Virus record (IMG/VR): IMGVR_UViG_2778261571_000004
Direction: 5' to 3' (one strand)
Length of the DNA stretch: 64,000 nt
DNA from: a virus
Taxonomy: Duplodnaviria; Heunggongvirae; Uroviricota; Caudoviricetes
In this document: piece by piece, positions 1-10,067 of the stretch
Numbering within the stretch: position 1 is the stretch's first letter
Layout of the letters: every line of letters starts with the position of its first letter
Translations under genes and position numbers: made by a program
Notes under the pieces: generated by a model
Told to the model about the DNA's origin: nothing
The model's input: the letters and a program-made list of their open reading frames with translations, nothing else
Database searches by the model: none

Positions 1-185
1 ATTATTTATTTAGGGAACACCTTCGACGATCTCGCTTTTATTTCTAGGACTTTCATCCCTGCAGAAAATTTAAAAAAAACACTTGCAATCTTTTTTCACG
101 TATTGATAATTGAACTCGTCGAAAGCGAGCTGGCTAACGACAGTAAAAAATAAATTCATTTTAATTTTTCGTAAGGATGTCCATC

Positions 186-836
186 ATGGCTAACATTATC
201 ATTTCTAAAAAATCCATCATTGAAGCTGCTGCCATTGTATCCGACGAGCTGCGCGAAAAAGCAGATCTGGCAACTCAAACATATAACGAACATTATAAAA
301 ATGGTACGCACACCAAAGCAGACAAAGCAAATATGCAAGCTGCGACCACTAAACTTGCTTACTTCATCAACAACGTCGTAAACGCAGTAGAAGACGAAAA
401 ATTATGCTCTGTTTTCTACTATGCGATTAAAGCAAGCAAACAAGCGCCAGAAGTATTTTTCCGTGATGCAATGACTAATAGTTATTCTCTGGAAAAACTG
501 GTCTATCTGGTCAAATCAATTAAAGCTGGTAAATGCGTTTATTCCATCGCTGATATGTCAGGATCTCGTGTATTCGCTTTAATCGATATGATTAACGACG
601 AGATCGACACGTTCACCAATGGCGCTGTTTTCGATTTAATGAATGAAGCGAAAAAAGCGTGTGAAATTAAATTGGACGCTGGCTATACTCAAGCCAACCA
701 GTTGATCAATCTTTGCGAACGTCTTGGACTTGTTGAAAAAGTCAAAGGAGCTGGGAGCGCGAAAGCTGGTACTCAGCAATATCGCTTTATTAAAAATGAT
801 TTCTATAACTATCTGGCTGATGCTTTCAAAGCGTAA
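186..836 (+). CDS. hypothetical protein (track ORF 177..836; second ATG has better SD spacing)
   Basis: Long ORF; AAGGA about 7 nt upstream of ATG at 186; followed by hairpin terminator. No recognisable family. Confidence 0.5.
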   Translation: MANIIISKKSIIEAAAIVSDELREKADLATQTYNEHYKNGTHTKADKANMQAATTKLAYFINNVVNAVEDEKLCSVFYYAIKASKQAPEVFFRDAMTNSYSLEKLVYLVKSIKAGKCVYSIADMSGSRVFALIDMINDEIDTFTNGAVFDLMNEAKKACEIKLDAGYTQANQLINLCERLGLVEKVKGAGSAKAGTQQYRFIKNDFYNYLADAFKA

Positions 837-845
837 TTAATGGAA

Positions 846-868
846 TCTTGCGCCCACTATGGGCGCTT
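846..868 (+). terminator. rho-independent terminator hairpin (gcgcccactatgggcgc + T-run), approximate
   Basis: GC stem-loop followed by T-run directly after stop of 186..836; same hairpin sequence recurs at about 1121..1146. Confidence 0.5.
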
Positions 869-883
869 TTAAGGAGCTTAATC

Positions 884-1114
884 ATGTTTATTCTTATCGC
901 TGGCGTTAACGTGCGCAATGAATATTTTGTTAATCGCATCGCTGGGATCGCTGGTTACGCTGGGCGCGCAGTCGAGTTCATAAATGAAACAACGCGAAAA
1001 ATTGACTTATTGAACGACCAGGAGCGAAAAAAAGCAGACGTGAATGACGCTGATATATTTTTAATGTTAAAAGCGTTTGTAGAAATGGGATTTAAAATCA
1101 GTTTACACAAATAA
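884..1114 (+). CDS. small hypothetical protein (76 aa from internal ATG of track ORF 848..1114)
   Basis: AAGGAG SD 6-7 nt upstream of ATG at 884 (Met13 of track ORF); terminator copy downstream. Confidence 0.4.
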   Translation: MFILIAGVNVRNEYFVNRIAGIAGYAGRAVEFINETTRKIDLLNDQERKKADVNDADIFLMLKAFVEMGFKISLHK

Positions 1115-1118
1115 AATC

Positions 1119-1146
1119 GAGCGCCCACTATGGGCGCTTTTTTCGT
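1119..1146 (+). terminator. rho-independent terminator, second copy of the same hairpin, approximate
   Basis: gcgcccactatgggcgc followed by tttttt. Confidence 0.5.
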
Positions 1147-1456
1147 TTCCAATACTCCCACCATAACGCGCCAATGATGGCGCTTTTTTATTGTCTTTGA
1201 CTCACTCCAACAACATAAAAATAAGCGCCAAAATAACGCCATAGACGCGCTTTTATATCCTTGTCAGTACATACCCATTACTTAACACATTAACGCGCTT
1301 AAAACGCGTTATATTGCGCTATAGAGTATGGTTAATCATTGGCTTTTAGTCTTGCTATGTGATCCGCGTTTATTTGTCGGCGCGGATCGGCTCTTTGTGT
1401 TGTTTTGTATCCGCTCGCGTATTATGTGCGCGTGATTTTTCACATAATCACACCAC

Positions 1457-1472
1457 TTAATCACATATGTGA
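1457..1472. promoter_or_regulatory. perfect 16-bp palindrome AATCACATATGTGATT in intergenic region (candidate operator), approximate
   Basis: Read directly; lies in a 585-bp ORF-free region with further inverted repeats (gatccgcg...cgcggatc). Confidence 0.35.
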
Positions 1473-1564
1473 TTACGCTACGAAAGAAATCTGGATGTCT
1501 CAGGCGACGAAAGTCATCATAATTTTCCCCGCTCACCTGTCCGACAACCGCTGGTTGGATTCCA

Positions 1565-1640
1565 CCAGCTTCCCGATGTTTTTTCTACATAAAGGCGAAT
1601 GCAGCCGTTTCCCGAAAAAATCCTGGCCGTTCCCCCGTCG
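1565..1640. repeat. direct repeats of motif AGCCGTTTCCCGAAAA-like (about 3 copies), approximate
   Basis: Same unit as the 6-copy array at about 5569..5700. Confidence 0.4.
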
Positions 1641-1730
1641 GCTCATGAATACGTTCCTCGCCGCTTCTGAAAATTTCCCTGCGGCAGCTGGTGGCTATAG
1701 AGAAAGGGCCGTTTCTGGCCCTCTTCTCAG

Positions 1731-2213
1731 TTACACGCCATCAAGGATGTGGATGCGGTTGCTTGCGTATACATTCAGCATAAAGTTAGCGCAAAACAGT
1801 TTCCATGTATCAACGCCAGCGGTATACGTAATGTTTTTGCATTTAATCGCATTGTTGGCGATCCGCATCCCCTGCGATACTGCTTCATCGTCGGAAAATT
1901 TGAACGACGATTGAGTTTTAATCCAGACAGAAATCTGCGTAGCGAACTCAATCAGCTTGGACTGGCAGAATCGCCCGGAGCGCACCGGAAAGACGAACGT
2001 TCCGAATCCAGAATTTACCACATACGCTTTCTCAAATACCCGCGAGTAACGACGATTGCAAATGATGTCGCGTGCAATAATGCATTTTTCTTGTGCTGAC
2101 AGTTCTACCGTCTCATTGTCGCGCCATGCACCAAGTACTCGTTTTTCAATGTCAGAGAACGTTACAGCGATATTGCCATGTGCGGGTGCGTTTACAGTAG
2201 CGATAAAATTCAT
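1731..2213 (-). CDS. hypothetical protein
   Basis: 160-aa ORF with AAGGA SD; motif-1 palindrome just upstream. Confidence 0.5.
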   Translation of the reverse strand: MNFIATVNAPAHGNIAVTFSDIEKRVLGAWRDNETVELSAQEKCIIARDIICNRRYSRVFEKAYVVNSGFGTFVFPVRSGRFCQSKLIEFATQISVWIKTQSSFKFSDDEAVSQGMRIANNAIKCKNITYTAGVDTWKLFCANFMLNVYASNRIHILDGV

Positions 2214-2232
2214 GATTAATTCCTTATCGTAA

Positions 2233-2249
2233 ATAACAAATTGTTTTCT
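2233..2249 (-). promoter_or_regulatory. motif-1 palindrome (AACAAATTGTTTT) upstream of 1731..2213, approximate
   Basis: Member of recurrent AAACAA-N-TTGTTT family; TTGACG-17-TAATTA sigma70-like elements lie just upstream in transcript sense. Confidence 0.45.
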
Positions 2250-2299
2250 TGTTGGTGTTAATTATCGTTGTACGAATAAGGCGTCAAAGTAGAAAGTTA

Positions 2300-2360
2300 C
2301 GGTAGCCGGACGGGAACAGGTGGGTTTGTCGGTTGCCTGGAGGTAAGAGGTTGGTGTTTT
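2300..2360. repeat. about 62-bp element shared with 6308..6370 (cggtagcc...aagaggttggtgtttt), approximate
   Basis: Two loci align over about 60 nt with an internal tandem half-repeat. Confidence 0.4.
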
Positions 2361-2418
2361 TAGCCTGCGGTAAACAGGATGGTCATTTAAGGCCACCAGC
2401 GTAAACTGGTGGCGTTTG

Positions 2419-3117
2419 TCATGCTGGAATCATATCTAATTGAAAAGATTCCATTATATATGTTGGTTCATCGATGTAGTCCTTCAGCCTATTGTCAAAT
2501 GACTCAAGCGGATTGTGTGGCGGATGATACCAGTCCGAGTATTCATTTAAAAAATGACCCATTATCAGTTCGATACCCACCTTTACTCCTGCAACTCCGA
2601 ACCATGCATTGTGCGTTAGTTGCTGGGCGTCTGTATCCAGTACGCGAATGCCATCAACAAGCTTTATTAGATTCCTGTGGTTTTCGTGTACTGTAACCTC
2701 TCCGCTGGTTAAGTCTATTTCAGCGAGAAAATATGGTCTTTTGCTTCCGTCGGACTTTTTGAAATGACAGTCATAAGCGACAGCAAACCACGCTTTACTA
2801 AAGTCTTTGTTGGCGTAAGTGGTACACATGCAACTAGGATAATCATCAATGTTAAACCAATCAGGAAGCGGATCATCTTTAGACGAGCCAGCAAAATCAT
2901 CAGCTAGTTTGTAGTTAATGTCTGGGTTGTACTTGCTGACAAAATCATCCACATCCTCTACATCCTCAACACCTTTCCAAACTTTACATTTCTCCGACCA
3001 AAAGAATCTCGCAATATCCGAAATGACTGGGAAACGTTTTTCAATTGAATTTATCAACTCTGCATGTTCTTTAAGAGATTTACGCTTGTTGATAAGCTTC
3101 TGAAGATGCGTACTCAT
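2419..3117 (-). CDS. hypothetical protein
   Basis: 232-aa ORF, GAGGA SD upstream of ATG. Confidence 0.55.
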   Translation of the reverse strand: MSTHLQKLINKRKSLKEHAELINSIEKRFPVISDIARFFWSEKCKVWKGVEDVEDVDDFVSKYNPDINYKLADDFAGSSKDDPLPDWFNIDDYPSCMCTTYANKDFSKAWFAVAYDCHFKKSDGSKRPYFLAEIDLTSGEVTVHENHRNLIKLVDGIRVLDTDAQQLTHNAWFGVAGVKVGIELIMGHFLNEYSDWYHPPHNPLESFDNRLKDYIDEPTYIMESFQLDMIPA

Positions 3118-3400
3118 TTTTAATTCCTCGTTTGTTTTCGATGTGATAATTATCGCTGAATGAAATAGGCTAAAAAGAAGATTTATAAGGCTACTATCTG
3201 GAAGTAAGGCAAAGTGTTGTCATTTAAGGCCACCAATGCTGATGGCCTTAATAATTATCGCCCGATTACGCTAAGGATCTTTTCCTCAACTGATTTGTTG
3301 TTGCGACTAAACTGCCTTGCGTATCTGATGACAGAAGAGGCGTTTCGCTTTCTGACCATCTCGGCTCTTTCCTTCAGGCGTTTCTTGAAATCGCCCATAT

Positions 3401-3775
3401 TTACCACCAGGCGCAAAACGTCAGTCTGTTATTGTGAAAGTCGTGGTTCTTAATCAGGTCTTCCACAAGCTCTTTCAACTCCCCCACATCATGCCAGTAA
3501 CCTTCATCGTACTCCTGACTGCCGAAGAAAAAACCTTCCCGGGTAGGCAAGTACTCTTCGCAATTACTTTCGTTTATGTGCATCAAATGAGCCTTCAGAA
3601 AACAAATGTCATTCATCGTTAATTCTAAAAGCTCACAATTTTCGACTTCACCTACGTTGCGCTCCATCCACCCAACGAGCGCATTGAACTTACGGAAGTA
3701 AGCAACCCGCTTTCTGGATGCCTCATTATTCAGATCGTTTTTTGGCTGCGTCTCGATGTAGATATCAAGTCCCAT
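3401..3775 (-). CDS. hypothetical protein (start moved to Met15 of track ORF 3401..3817)
   Basis: AAGGAAA SD precedes Met15; the track start is a GTG without SD. Confidence 0.45.
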   Translation of the reverse strand: MGLDIYIETQPKNDLNNEASRKRVAYFRKFNALVGWMERNVGEVENCELLELTMNDICFLKAHLMHINESNCEEYLPTREGFFFGSQEYDEGYWHDVGELKELVEDLIKNHDFHNNRLTFCAWW

Positions 3776-3858
3776 GATGGTTTCCTTATTAAGTTGCTTC
3801 AGTGAAATCATTTTCACAAATCAGATAAGGCAGAAAACAAATTGTTATCGGGCATAAT

Positions 3859-3883
3859 AAAATGGCGCGGTTTGCGCGCCATT
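3859..3883 (-). terminator. hairpin terminator (aaatggcgcg..cgcgccattt) after gene 3893..4288, approximate
   Basis: 10-bp GC-rich stem followed by T-rich run in minus sense. Confidence 0.5.
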
Positions 3884-3892
3884 TAAAGAGGA

Positions 3893-4288
3893 TTAAGCGA
3901 ATACGCTTTCAGGGATTAAGGTGTCGGCAGGAATGCCAGAGGTAATGCGCAGACCGTACTGGCCAATCCAGGTGGTGCTGGTGTTCAGGCTGGAGGCGAA
4001 TACGGTGTTAACCATATTCATCATGGTTTCAAACACCTCTTCATCAACCTGGCGGAAGTAGTTCTCGATTTTCAGCAGCAGCGGGTCAGTTGCATCGAGA
4101 ATGGACTGGTATTGAGTCGCGTACTCGCCGTCGGAGTCATCACCTTTACGCACGATCGTACTGGCCTGTACTTCGGCGCCAGTTTCGGTGTTGTACGTAA
4201 CAACGGTGATTTTTGCCACATTCTTACCTTCGGCGGTTTCAGAGGCATAGTAAACATCAACTGTCAGTTTTTCGCGTTTAATGGTCAT
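3893..4288 (-). CDS. hypothetical protein (start at Met23 of track ORF 3893..4354)
   Basis: GGAGAG SD before Met23; motif-2 palindrome and an upstream-gene terminator precede it. Confidence 0.5.
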   Translation of the reverse strand: MTIKREKLTVDVYYASETAEGKNVAKITVVTYNTETGAEVQASTIVRKGDDSDGEYATQYQSILDATDPLLLKIENYFRQVDEEVFETMMNMVNTVFASSLNTSTTWIGQYGLRITSGIPADTLIPESVFA

Positions 4289-4325
4289 TTCACTCTCCGT
4301 AGTGTATTGGTTATTTTTATATTCT

Positions 4326-4344
4326 ATGATCGTAAGTATGTACT
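4326..4344 (-). promoter_or_regulatory. motif-2 palindrome (GTAAGTA-tg-TACTTAC), approximate
   Basis: Inverted repeat between a terminator and the SD of gene 3893..4288. Confidence 0.4.
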
Positions 4345-4414
4345 TACAATACAAAAAAGCCCCGTAAGGATGGCGGGGCTGTCGTACGGTCGACTAATTA
4401 CCACTTGCACATTA

Positions 4415-4726
4415 TCAGGCTATTGCCATCACTGATGCTCTCTGAATCTCTTGCTGGGCCACGCGGTTAACTTCCATCAAAGCCAGTTCGAGCTGATGTT
4501 CCGGCCACATTCTTTGAAATGCCACCCAGCCTTTTCCACGCTGGCGACGAACATTCATTACATAACGAGTAAAGGTGTTTTTATCGAAAGACACCGCTGT
4601 TTCACGGAACAGACGAATAGAGGTTCCATTGGCAACGATGTCCAGCAAAGTTAATTGAGCAACCAGCGCAGGCTTCTCTTTTCTCTTCTGGTCTTTGTCC
4701 AGACCAAGAACCAATGATTTTTTCAT
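4415..4726 (-). CDS. hypothetical protein (start at Met17 of track ORF)
   Basis: GGAG SD before Met17; motif-1 palindrome about 12 nt upstream. Confidence 0.45.
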   Translation of the reverse strand: MKKSLVLGLDKDQKRKEKPALVAQLTLLDIVANGTSIRLFRETAVSFDKNTFTRYVMNVRRQRGKGWVAFQRMWPEHQLELALMEVNRVAQQEIQRASVMAIA

Positions 4727-4736
4727 CACAACTCCG

Positions 4737-4753
4737 TAAACAACTTGTTTTCT
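4737..4753 (-). promoter_or_regulatory. motif-1 palindrome (AAACAACTTGTTTTC), approximate
   Basis: Recurrent motif immediately 5' of SD. Confidence 0.45.
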
Positions 4754-4879
4754 CAATGGCGTAAATAATACCAATAAGAAAACGGCTACAAAGCATAATG
4801 ATCAGGTGCATGAGCGATATGCAGGTTCCTCCCTGCGGCTATAGAGAAATTAAGCCAGCAATGCTGGCTTTGGTTGGGA

Positions 4880-5209
4880 TTACGCGAATACCTCAAGAAA
4901 CTCCTGAACGTCCCAATGCTGGACGAGGTGAAGATAGACCTTAGAAATCACGTCATTTTCGCTATCGCATGTGAAGTAGTACTTCTGGCTGCGGTTGTAT
5001 GTGTCCACACAAAATTCGCTCATATCCATAAAGTCAGCATCTTCACCCATGTCGCAAATCATCAAAGCAGGTGCGTCATCACGAGTCATCAGCTCAAGCA
5101 CCCACCGCGAATTAATCAGAGTGGAAGACCAACCTTCTAACTCATAAAACTGATCAAACTCTTTTTGAGTTAATTTCTTAATTTGGTTGATGTCGATATT
5201 TGCAAACAT
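4880..5209 (-). CDS. hypothetical protein (start at Met8 of track ORF)
   Basis: AAGGAT SD before Met8; motif-1 about 13 nt upstream. Confidence 0.45.
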   Translation of the reverse strand: MFANIDINQIKKLTQKEFDQFYELEGWSSTLINSRWVLELMTRDDAPALMICDMGEDADFMDMSEFCVDTYNRSQKYYFTCDSENDVISKVYLHLVQHWDVQEFLEVFA

Positions 5210-5220
5210 AAAGCAATCCT

Positions 5221-5237
5221 TAAACAACATGTTTTCT
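5221..5237 (-). promoter_or_regulatory. motif-1 palindrome (AAACAACATGTTTTC), approximate
   Basis: Recurrent motif 5' of SD. Confidence 0.45.
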
Positions 5238-5568
5238 TGATGGTGTTATTATCGCAATAACGCAAAGGCGAAAAAGGATTTTATTCCGGTGAATGTGGTT
5301 TTGGCAGTGAGTTTTCAGGTTCAGTACCGAGTACACTTTTTACATTATTCTGATTTAGTGGCCGAAGGTGGCTGGTGGGCAGAATAATCATCTCCCCGAA
5401 AACCTACTGAAATCGATTGTGACCCGTTGGCTGTCTGGCACAATTACGCTGTAACTGGGCATTCAGAGGGAGTCCAACGGTAAGTTAGTCCGCCTACGTG
5501 AGCGCCTCTCTTCTTCCCGCACATTACAGGTGGATAGCCGCAACTCTCCCTCTCGCTATACCGGTACG

Positions 5569-5700
5569 CCGCCGTTCCTGAACCGGCATCGAGCCTTTTC
5601 CCGAAATCCACACAGGCAACTCGACCGTTTCCCTGAAAACCTCCAGCCGTTCCCCGAAGGCAACCCAGCCGTTTCTGTAGCGGGATGCAGCCTTTTCCCT
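5569..5700. repeat. array of 6 direct repeats (consensus about AGCCGTTTCCCGAAA) at 21-23 bp periodicity, approximate
   Basis: Units at about 5569, 5592, 5623, 5645, 5667, 5688; iteron-like helical phasing. Confidence 0.5.
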
Positions 5701-5849
5701 TATGGACCGGAGGCTGACCGTAGGGGTGTTACGGGGGATAAAATCAGGAGTTGAATAAATACGAAAAAGGAGGCGACACCCCTCCTTCCCTCCCCACTTA
5801 TACATACCTGTCTTGTTCGCTATACATGTTGTGTTTTCTTCGTGTTTTA

Positions 5850-6660
5850 TCTGTCTCAACCTCTCTATAGGCGTTAATGCTCACTCCTTCCAGAACGTTC
5901 TATACGGCGACTAATTCTGTTGGTGAATTGGGTGTGTTGTTCTCTCTGTCGGTGTAAATGGTTTCGTTCGTTTTGCGGTGGTTCTTCTATGGGGTGTTCT
6001 CGTCGTTTTGGTGATTGTTCTTCTCCGTCTATGGAGTAATGGCAGGTGGGCGATTGCTTTCGTTATTGTGTTTGAGTTGTTTGTCTGGAGTGTGTGAAAG
6101 GCTTTTGTAGTTATTCGTGTATTGGGTAATGGCGTTTCCCGTGATTGTTATGTTTCGTGTCTTTTGGGGTTGAGAGAAACCTTGCGGTAACAGGCTTCGT
6201 TGGGGTTTCAGTGATTCTGGTGTTTCTTCGCTGTTTGGGGAATGGCGTGTCGTGGGTATCGCGCGTATGAATGTTTTCGGATTGCCTGTGAAAGTTAGGT
6301 TGGTTGTCCGGTAGCCTGGGAAGAAGAGGTGGGTCTTTTCGGTAGCCTGCCATAAAGAGGTTGGTTGTTTTGGGGAATGGCATATGTGTTATTTAGTTGT
6401 TTTGTTATGCCTGAAAATAAGTTGTTTATATGGTTGTGTAACGCAATGGGAGTGATTTTGAGCGTGTGTTTTTGTTGGTAGTGTGTTGGTCGTCTGTGGT
6501 GAAAATTGGACGCTGTGGCGCTGTCTGCTGCGTAGAATTACGGGTATAAGCAGTGATGTGTGAAAACGTCAATTTTTTAGACCAAATCGGGTGAAAGCGT
6601 TGATGTTTCGTTGATCTGTTATTCAGTTGTTTCCTTGATTGTATAAACAACTATAACTTA
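5850..6660. other. G+T-rich, strand-asymmetric non-coding region with short repeats
   Basis: No credible ORF on either strand; plus strand is strongly G/T-biased; contains the 62-bp element at about 6308..6370. Confidence 0.45.
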
Positions 6661-6781
6661 TTGATATTTAAGGGTGTGATTGCAGGTATGGAAGGAGAGT
6701 AGTGGCGATCAACGGATTCTTATAGAAAAGAATCAAATTGTGACCGCCATTATCAACTGATTGATTTGTTTACTTGTGTAG

Positions 6782-7180
6782 TCAGTTCTCGAAATGAATA
6801 GGGTCAACGTAATGCCGCTCACCGCTTTTACCATTACACAGCACTGTAACTTTCGCCTTTTCACTCCAGGCTGAGTATAGAAAGTTCCCATCAGGTTGAA
6901 CATGGTAACGAGAGAAGTAAACATCGCCGACTGAGGCGTCGAACATGTTCCTATCTTTTTCACTTTGGGCAAGCGAGATGGATATCACCGAATTCCCATT
7001 TGGGGAAACGATTTTAAATTTATTCCCTATATCCATAACAATATTGTAACCAGGTAATTGCTTGTGTGTTTCCGGATCTATTTTCATGCATCGTGGGTAC
7101 ACGATAGTGTTAGGCTCTTCAACTGGCGTGGCATTAGCAGAAAGCACAAAAAATATTAGTGCCAATGGTGCATATTTCAT
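6782..7180 (-). CDS. predicted secreted/periplasmic protein (N-terminal signal peptide)
   Basis: N-terminus MKYAPLALIFFVLSANA is signal-peptide-like; GAGGGA SD. Confidence 0.5.
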   Translation of the reverse strand: MKYAPLALIFFVLSANATPVEEPNTIVYPRCMKIDPETHKQLPGYNIVMDIGNKFKIVSPNGNSVISISLAQSEKDRNMFDASVGDVYFSRYHVQPDGNFLYSAWSEKAKVTVLCNGKSGERHYVDPIHFEN

Positions 7181-7474
7181 TTATCCCTCACAATTTCCAA
7201 TTTTCCAGACCATCGTCTATTTCAGCGTCAGGGTGGAATTGTACCGCATCAAATCCTACATCGAGCACCTTTCGAATGTTCTTGATGGTTTGCTATGTGA
7301 CACCGTAATCACGCAGCTTTTCTTCCCTCCCCTGACTCCCCCATACTCCGTTTCTGTACCCAATTGAGTCCGAGATCGTATGGTGCTCGAAACAGATATT
7401 TGGTAGACACTCAGAGTCATGCTGTGTAACGAGGGTAGGGCTACTAACTGTCGTCTTATACAATTTGGTGAGTT

Positions 7475-7723
7475 TCAGCATTTTACCACCCCGTTCGGAA
7501 ACAACTCATTCGCCGTAGTTGATATAACCTCCCAATTAACGCCGACATCAGCGTTATGGCATTGTCTGATTTTTTGCATCACCTGTACGCATTGTTCATC
7601 AGTGAGATCTGTCCTTACTTCAGCAATATCTTCTTTGTGCCACATAACCATGAGTAAGGGTTCGTCTTCTGGATAGTTTTTCAGTTTCTCGATGATTTCT
7701 TTTGCTGTTCCAAACATCTTCAT
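7475..7723 (-). CDS. hypothetical protein
   Basis: 82-aa ORF, GGAG SD, two motif-1 palindromes upstream. Confidence 0.5.
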   Translation of the reverse strand: MKMFGTAKEIIEKLKNYPEDEPLLMVMWHKEDIAEVRTDLTDEQCVQVMQKIRQCHNADVGVNWEVISTTANELFPNGVVKC

Positions 7724-7727
7724 CTCC

Positions 7728-7744
7728 TAAACAATTTGTTTTCT
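7728..7744 (-). promoter_or_regulatory. motif-1 palindrome (AAACAATTTGTTTTC) abutting the SD, approximate
   Basis: Second copy about 50 nt further upstream (7777..7795), flanking a TTGTTG-17-TATAAG sigma70-like promoter. Confidence 0.45.
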
Positions 7745-7776
7745 TATATGGCTTATTATCTCAATCAACAAAAGGT

Positions 7777-7795
7777 AGAAAACAAATTGTTTTAG
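7777..7795 (-). promoter_or_regulatory. motif-1 palindrome, upstream copy, approximate
   Basis: gaaaacaaattgtttt. Confidence 0.45.
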
Positions 7796-7831
7796 GGCTT
7801 GTGTAAATCAGGAGGGATTGTGTCTATATGA

Positions 7832-7858
7832 AAATGCCCAGCGTATTGCTGGGCATTG
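7832..7858 (-). terminator. metG rho-independent terminator hairpin (gcccagc..gctgggc), approximate
   Basis: Stem-loop followed by T-rich tract immediately after the metG stop. Confidence 0.55.
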
Positions 7859-7876
7859 TGAAGAATGGTTGCTTAA

Positions 7877-9910
7877 TTACTTAACCTGGTGGCCAGGTTT
7901 AGCACCGACATCCGGGCTTAACAGGAAGATATCTTTCCCGCCAGGGCCAGCAGCCATCACCATGCCTTCGGAGATACCGAAGCGCATTTTACGCGGAGCC
8001 AGGTTAGCCACCATAATGGTGTGACGACCAATCAGTGCCTGTGGGTCTGGATAAGCAGAACGGATGCCTGAGAAGACATTGCGTTTTTCACCGCCGAGAT
8101 CCAGTGTCAGACGCAGCAGCTTGTCAGAACCTTCAACAAACTCTGCGTTTTCGATCAGCGCCACGCGCAGGTCAACTTTGGCGAAGTCGTCAAAGGTGAT
8201 GGTTTCCTGAATCGGGTCGTCAGCCAGTGGGCCAGTTACCGGTGCGGCTGTGGCTTTCACTTCTTCTTTGGATGCTTCCACCAGTGCTTCCACCTGTTTC
8301 ATATCGATACGGTTATACAGTGCCTTGAACGGATTCACTTTATGGCCCAGCAGCGGTTGCTGGATACCATCCCAGGTCAGTTCTGTATTCAGGAATGCTT
8401 CTGCACGTTCAGTCAGTTTCGGCAGTACCGGCTTCAGGTACGTCATCAGCACGCGGAACAGGTTAATGCCCATAGAGCAAATCGCCTGCAGATCGGCATC
8501 GCGTCCTTCCTGCTTCGCCACCACCCACGGAGCCTGTTCATCGACATAGCGGTTAGCCAGGTCAGCCAATGCCATGATTTCACGGATAGCTTTACCAAAT
8601 TCGCGGCTTTCCCATGCTTCGCCAATCACTTCAGCGGCATCAGTAAAGGTTTTGTACAGTTGCGGGTCAGCCAGTTCGTTTGCCAGCACGCCGTCAAAAC
8701 GCTTGTTGATAAAGCCTGCATTACGGGAGGCCAGGTTAACCACTTTGTTCACGATATCGGCATTCACGCGCTGAACGAAATCCTCCAGGTTGAGATCGAT
8801 ATCATCAATGCGCGAAGAGAGTTTCGCAGTGTAGTAGTAACGCAGGCTGTCAGCGTCAAAATGATTCAGCCAGGTGCTGGCTTTAATAAAGGTGCCGCGA
8901 GACTTGGACATCTTCGCGCCGTTCACCGTCACATAGCCATGAACAAACAGGTTGGTCGGCTTGCGGAAGTTGCTGCCTTCCAGCATGGCAGGCCAGAACA
9001 GGCTGTGGAAGTAAACGATATCTTTACCGATGAAGTGGTACAGCTCGGCGGTGGAGTCTTTCTTCCAGTATTCATCGAAGCTGGTGGTATCGCCGCGCTT
9101 GTCGCACAGATTCTTGAAGGAACCCATGTAGCCAATCGGCGCGTCCAGCCAGACGTAGAAATATTTGCCCGGCGCGTCCGGAATTTCAAAACCGAAGTAA
9201 GGCGCATCGCGGGAGATATCCCACTGTTGCAGGCCAGATTCAAACCACTCCTGCATTTTGTTTGCCACCTGCTCCTGCAACGCGCCGCTGCGGGTCCATG
9301 CCTGCAACATTTCGCTGAAAGAAGGCAGATCAAAGAAGAAGTGTTCGGAATCACGCATTACCGGGGTAGCGCCAGAAACCACCGATTTCGGCTCGATCAA
9401 TTCAGTCGGGCTATATGTTGCGCCGCAGACTTCACAGTTATCGCCGTATTGATCTGGCGCTTTACATTTCGGGCAGGTGCCTTTTACAAAACGATCCGGC
9501 AGGAACATGCCTTTTTCCGGGTCGTACAACTGAGAGATAGTGCGGTTTTTAATAAAACCGTTCTCTTTCAGGCGAGTATAGATAAGCTCAGACAACTGAC
9601 GGTTCTCTTCGCTGTGCGTCGAGTGATAGTTGTCATAGCTGATGTTAAAGCCTGCGAAATCAGTCTGGTGTTCCTGACTCATTTCGCCAATCATCTGTTC
9701 CGGTGTGATACCAAGCTGCTGTGCTTTCAGCATGATCGGCGTACCGTGGGCATCGTCGGCACAGATGAAATTAACCTCGTGGCCGCGCATTCGCTGGTAA
9801 CGAACCCAGACATCAGCCTGGATGTGCTCCAGCATATGGCCGAGGTGGATTGAGCCGTTAGCGTACGGCAGCGCGCACGTCACCAGAATTTTCTTCGCGA
9901 CTTGGGTCAT
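7877..9910 (-). CDS. metG: methionine--tRNA ligase
   Basis: 677-aa product from Met44 of the track ORF; near-identical over its length to enterobacterial MetG as I recall it (HLGH and KMSKS class-I motifs, CPKC..CEVCG zinc knuckles). Confidence 0.95.
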   Translation of the reverse strand: MTQVAKKILVTCALPYANGSIHLGHMLEHIQADVWVRYQRMRGHEVNFICADDAHGTPIMLKAQQLGITPEQMIGEMSQEHQTDFAGFNISYDNYHSTHSEENRQLSELIYTRLKENGFIKNRTISQLYDPEKGMFLPDRFVKGTCPKCKAPDQYGDNCEVCGATYSPTELIEPKSVVSGATPVMRDSEHFFFDLPSFSEMLQAWTRSGALQEQVANKMQEWFESGLQQWDISRDAPYFGFEIPDAPGKYFYVWLDAPIGYMGSFKNLCDKRGDTTSFDEYWKKDSTAELYHFIGKDIVYFHSLFWPAMLEGSNFRKPTNLFVHGYVTVNGAKMSKSRGTFIKASTWLNHFDADSLRYYYTAKLSSRIDDIDLNLEDFVQRVNADIVNKVVNLASRNAGFINKRFDGVLANELADPQLYKTFTDAAEVIGEAWESREFGKAIREIMALADLANRYVDEQAPWVVAKQEGRDADLQAICSMGINLFRVLMTYLKPVLPKLTERAEAFLNTELTWDGIQQPLLGHKVNPFKALYNRIDMKQVEALVEASKEEVKATAAPVTGPLADDPIQETITFDDFAKVDLRVALIENAEFVEGSDKLLRLTLDLGGEKRNVFSGIRSAYPDPQALIGRHTIMVANLAPRKMRFGISEGMVMAAGPGGKDIFLLSPDVGAKPGHQVK

Positions 9911-10067
9911 AGTAGGCATTACTTCTTTGTAGTGAAAAGGGGCTTGATAGTAACAAAATGGCCTTATGTCTGCCATGTGATAACAGCATTTCTCATAAAT
10001 GATTAAATGTCGTAGCTGGAGTACACTACAAGGCGACAATTGCGCAAATTAAAATAAAGGAGACGGG

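Noticed and set aside
1405-2099. Plus-strand ORFs 1405..1914 and 1749..2099
   Set aside because: Overlap the better-supported minus-strand gene 1731..2213 (SD, motif-1 promoter context) and an intergenic repeat region.
5524-6972. Several 70-110-aa ORFs in the 5.2-6.8 kb region (5524..5859, 5530..5754, 6111..6383, 6426..6650, 6733..6972)
   Set aside because: Products are low-complexity with no SD; the region is strongly strand-biased and repeat-rich, so open frames arise by composition.
7293-7481. 62-aa minus-strand ORF overlapping the stop of 7475..7723
   Set aside because: Weak SD and unusual 7-nt overlap; cannot be distinguished from a chance ORF, so not listed as a feature.
8342-9853. 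503-aa plus-strand ORF (and neighbours 8250..8549, 8929..9354)
   Set aside because: Lies entirely antisense to metG, whose product is a near-complete match to MetG; low-complexity Arg/Ala/His-rich translation typical of antisense frames.
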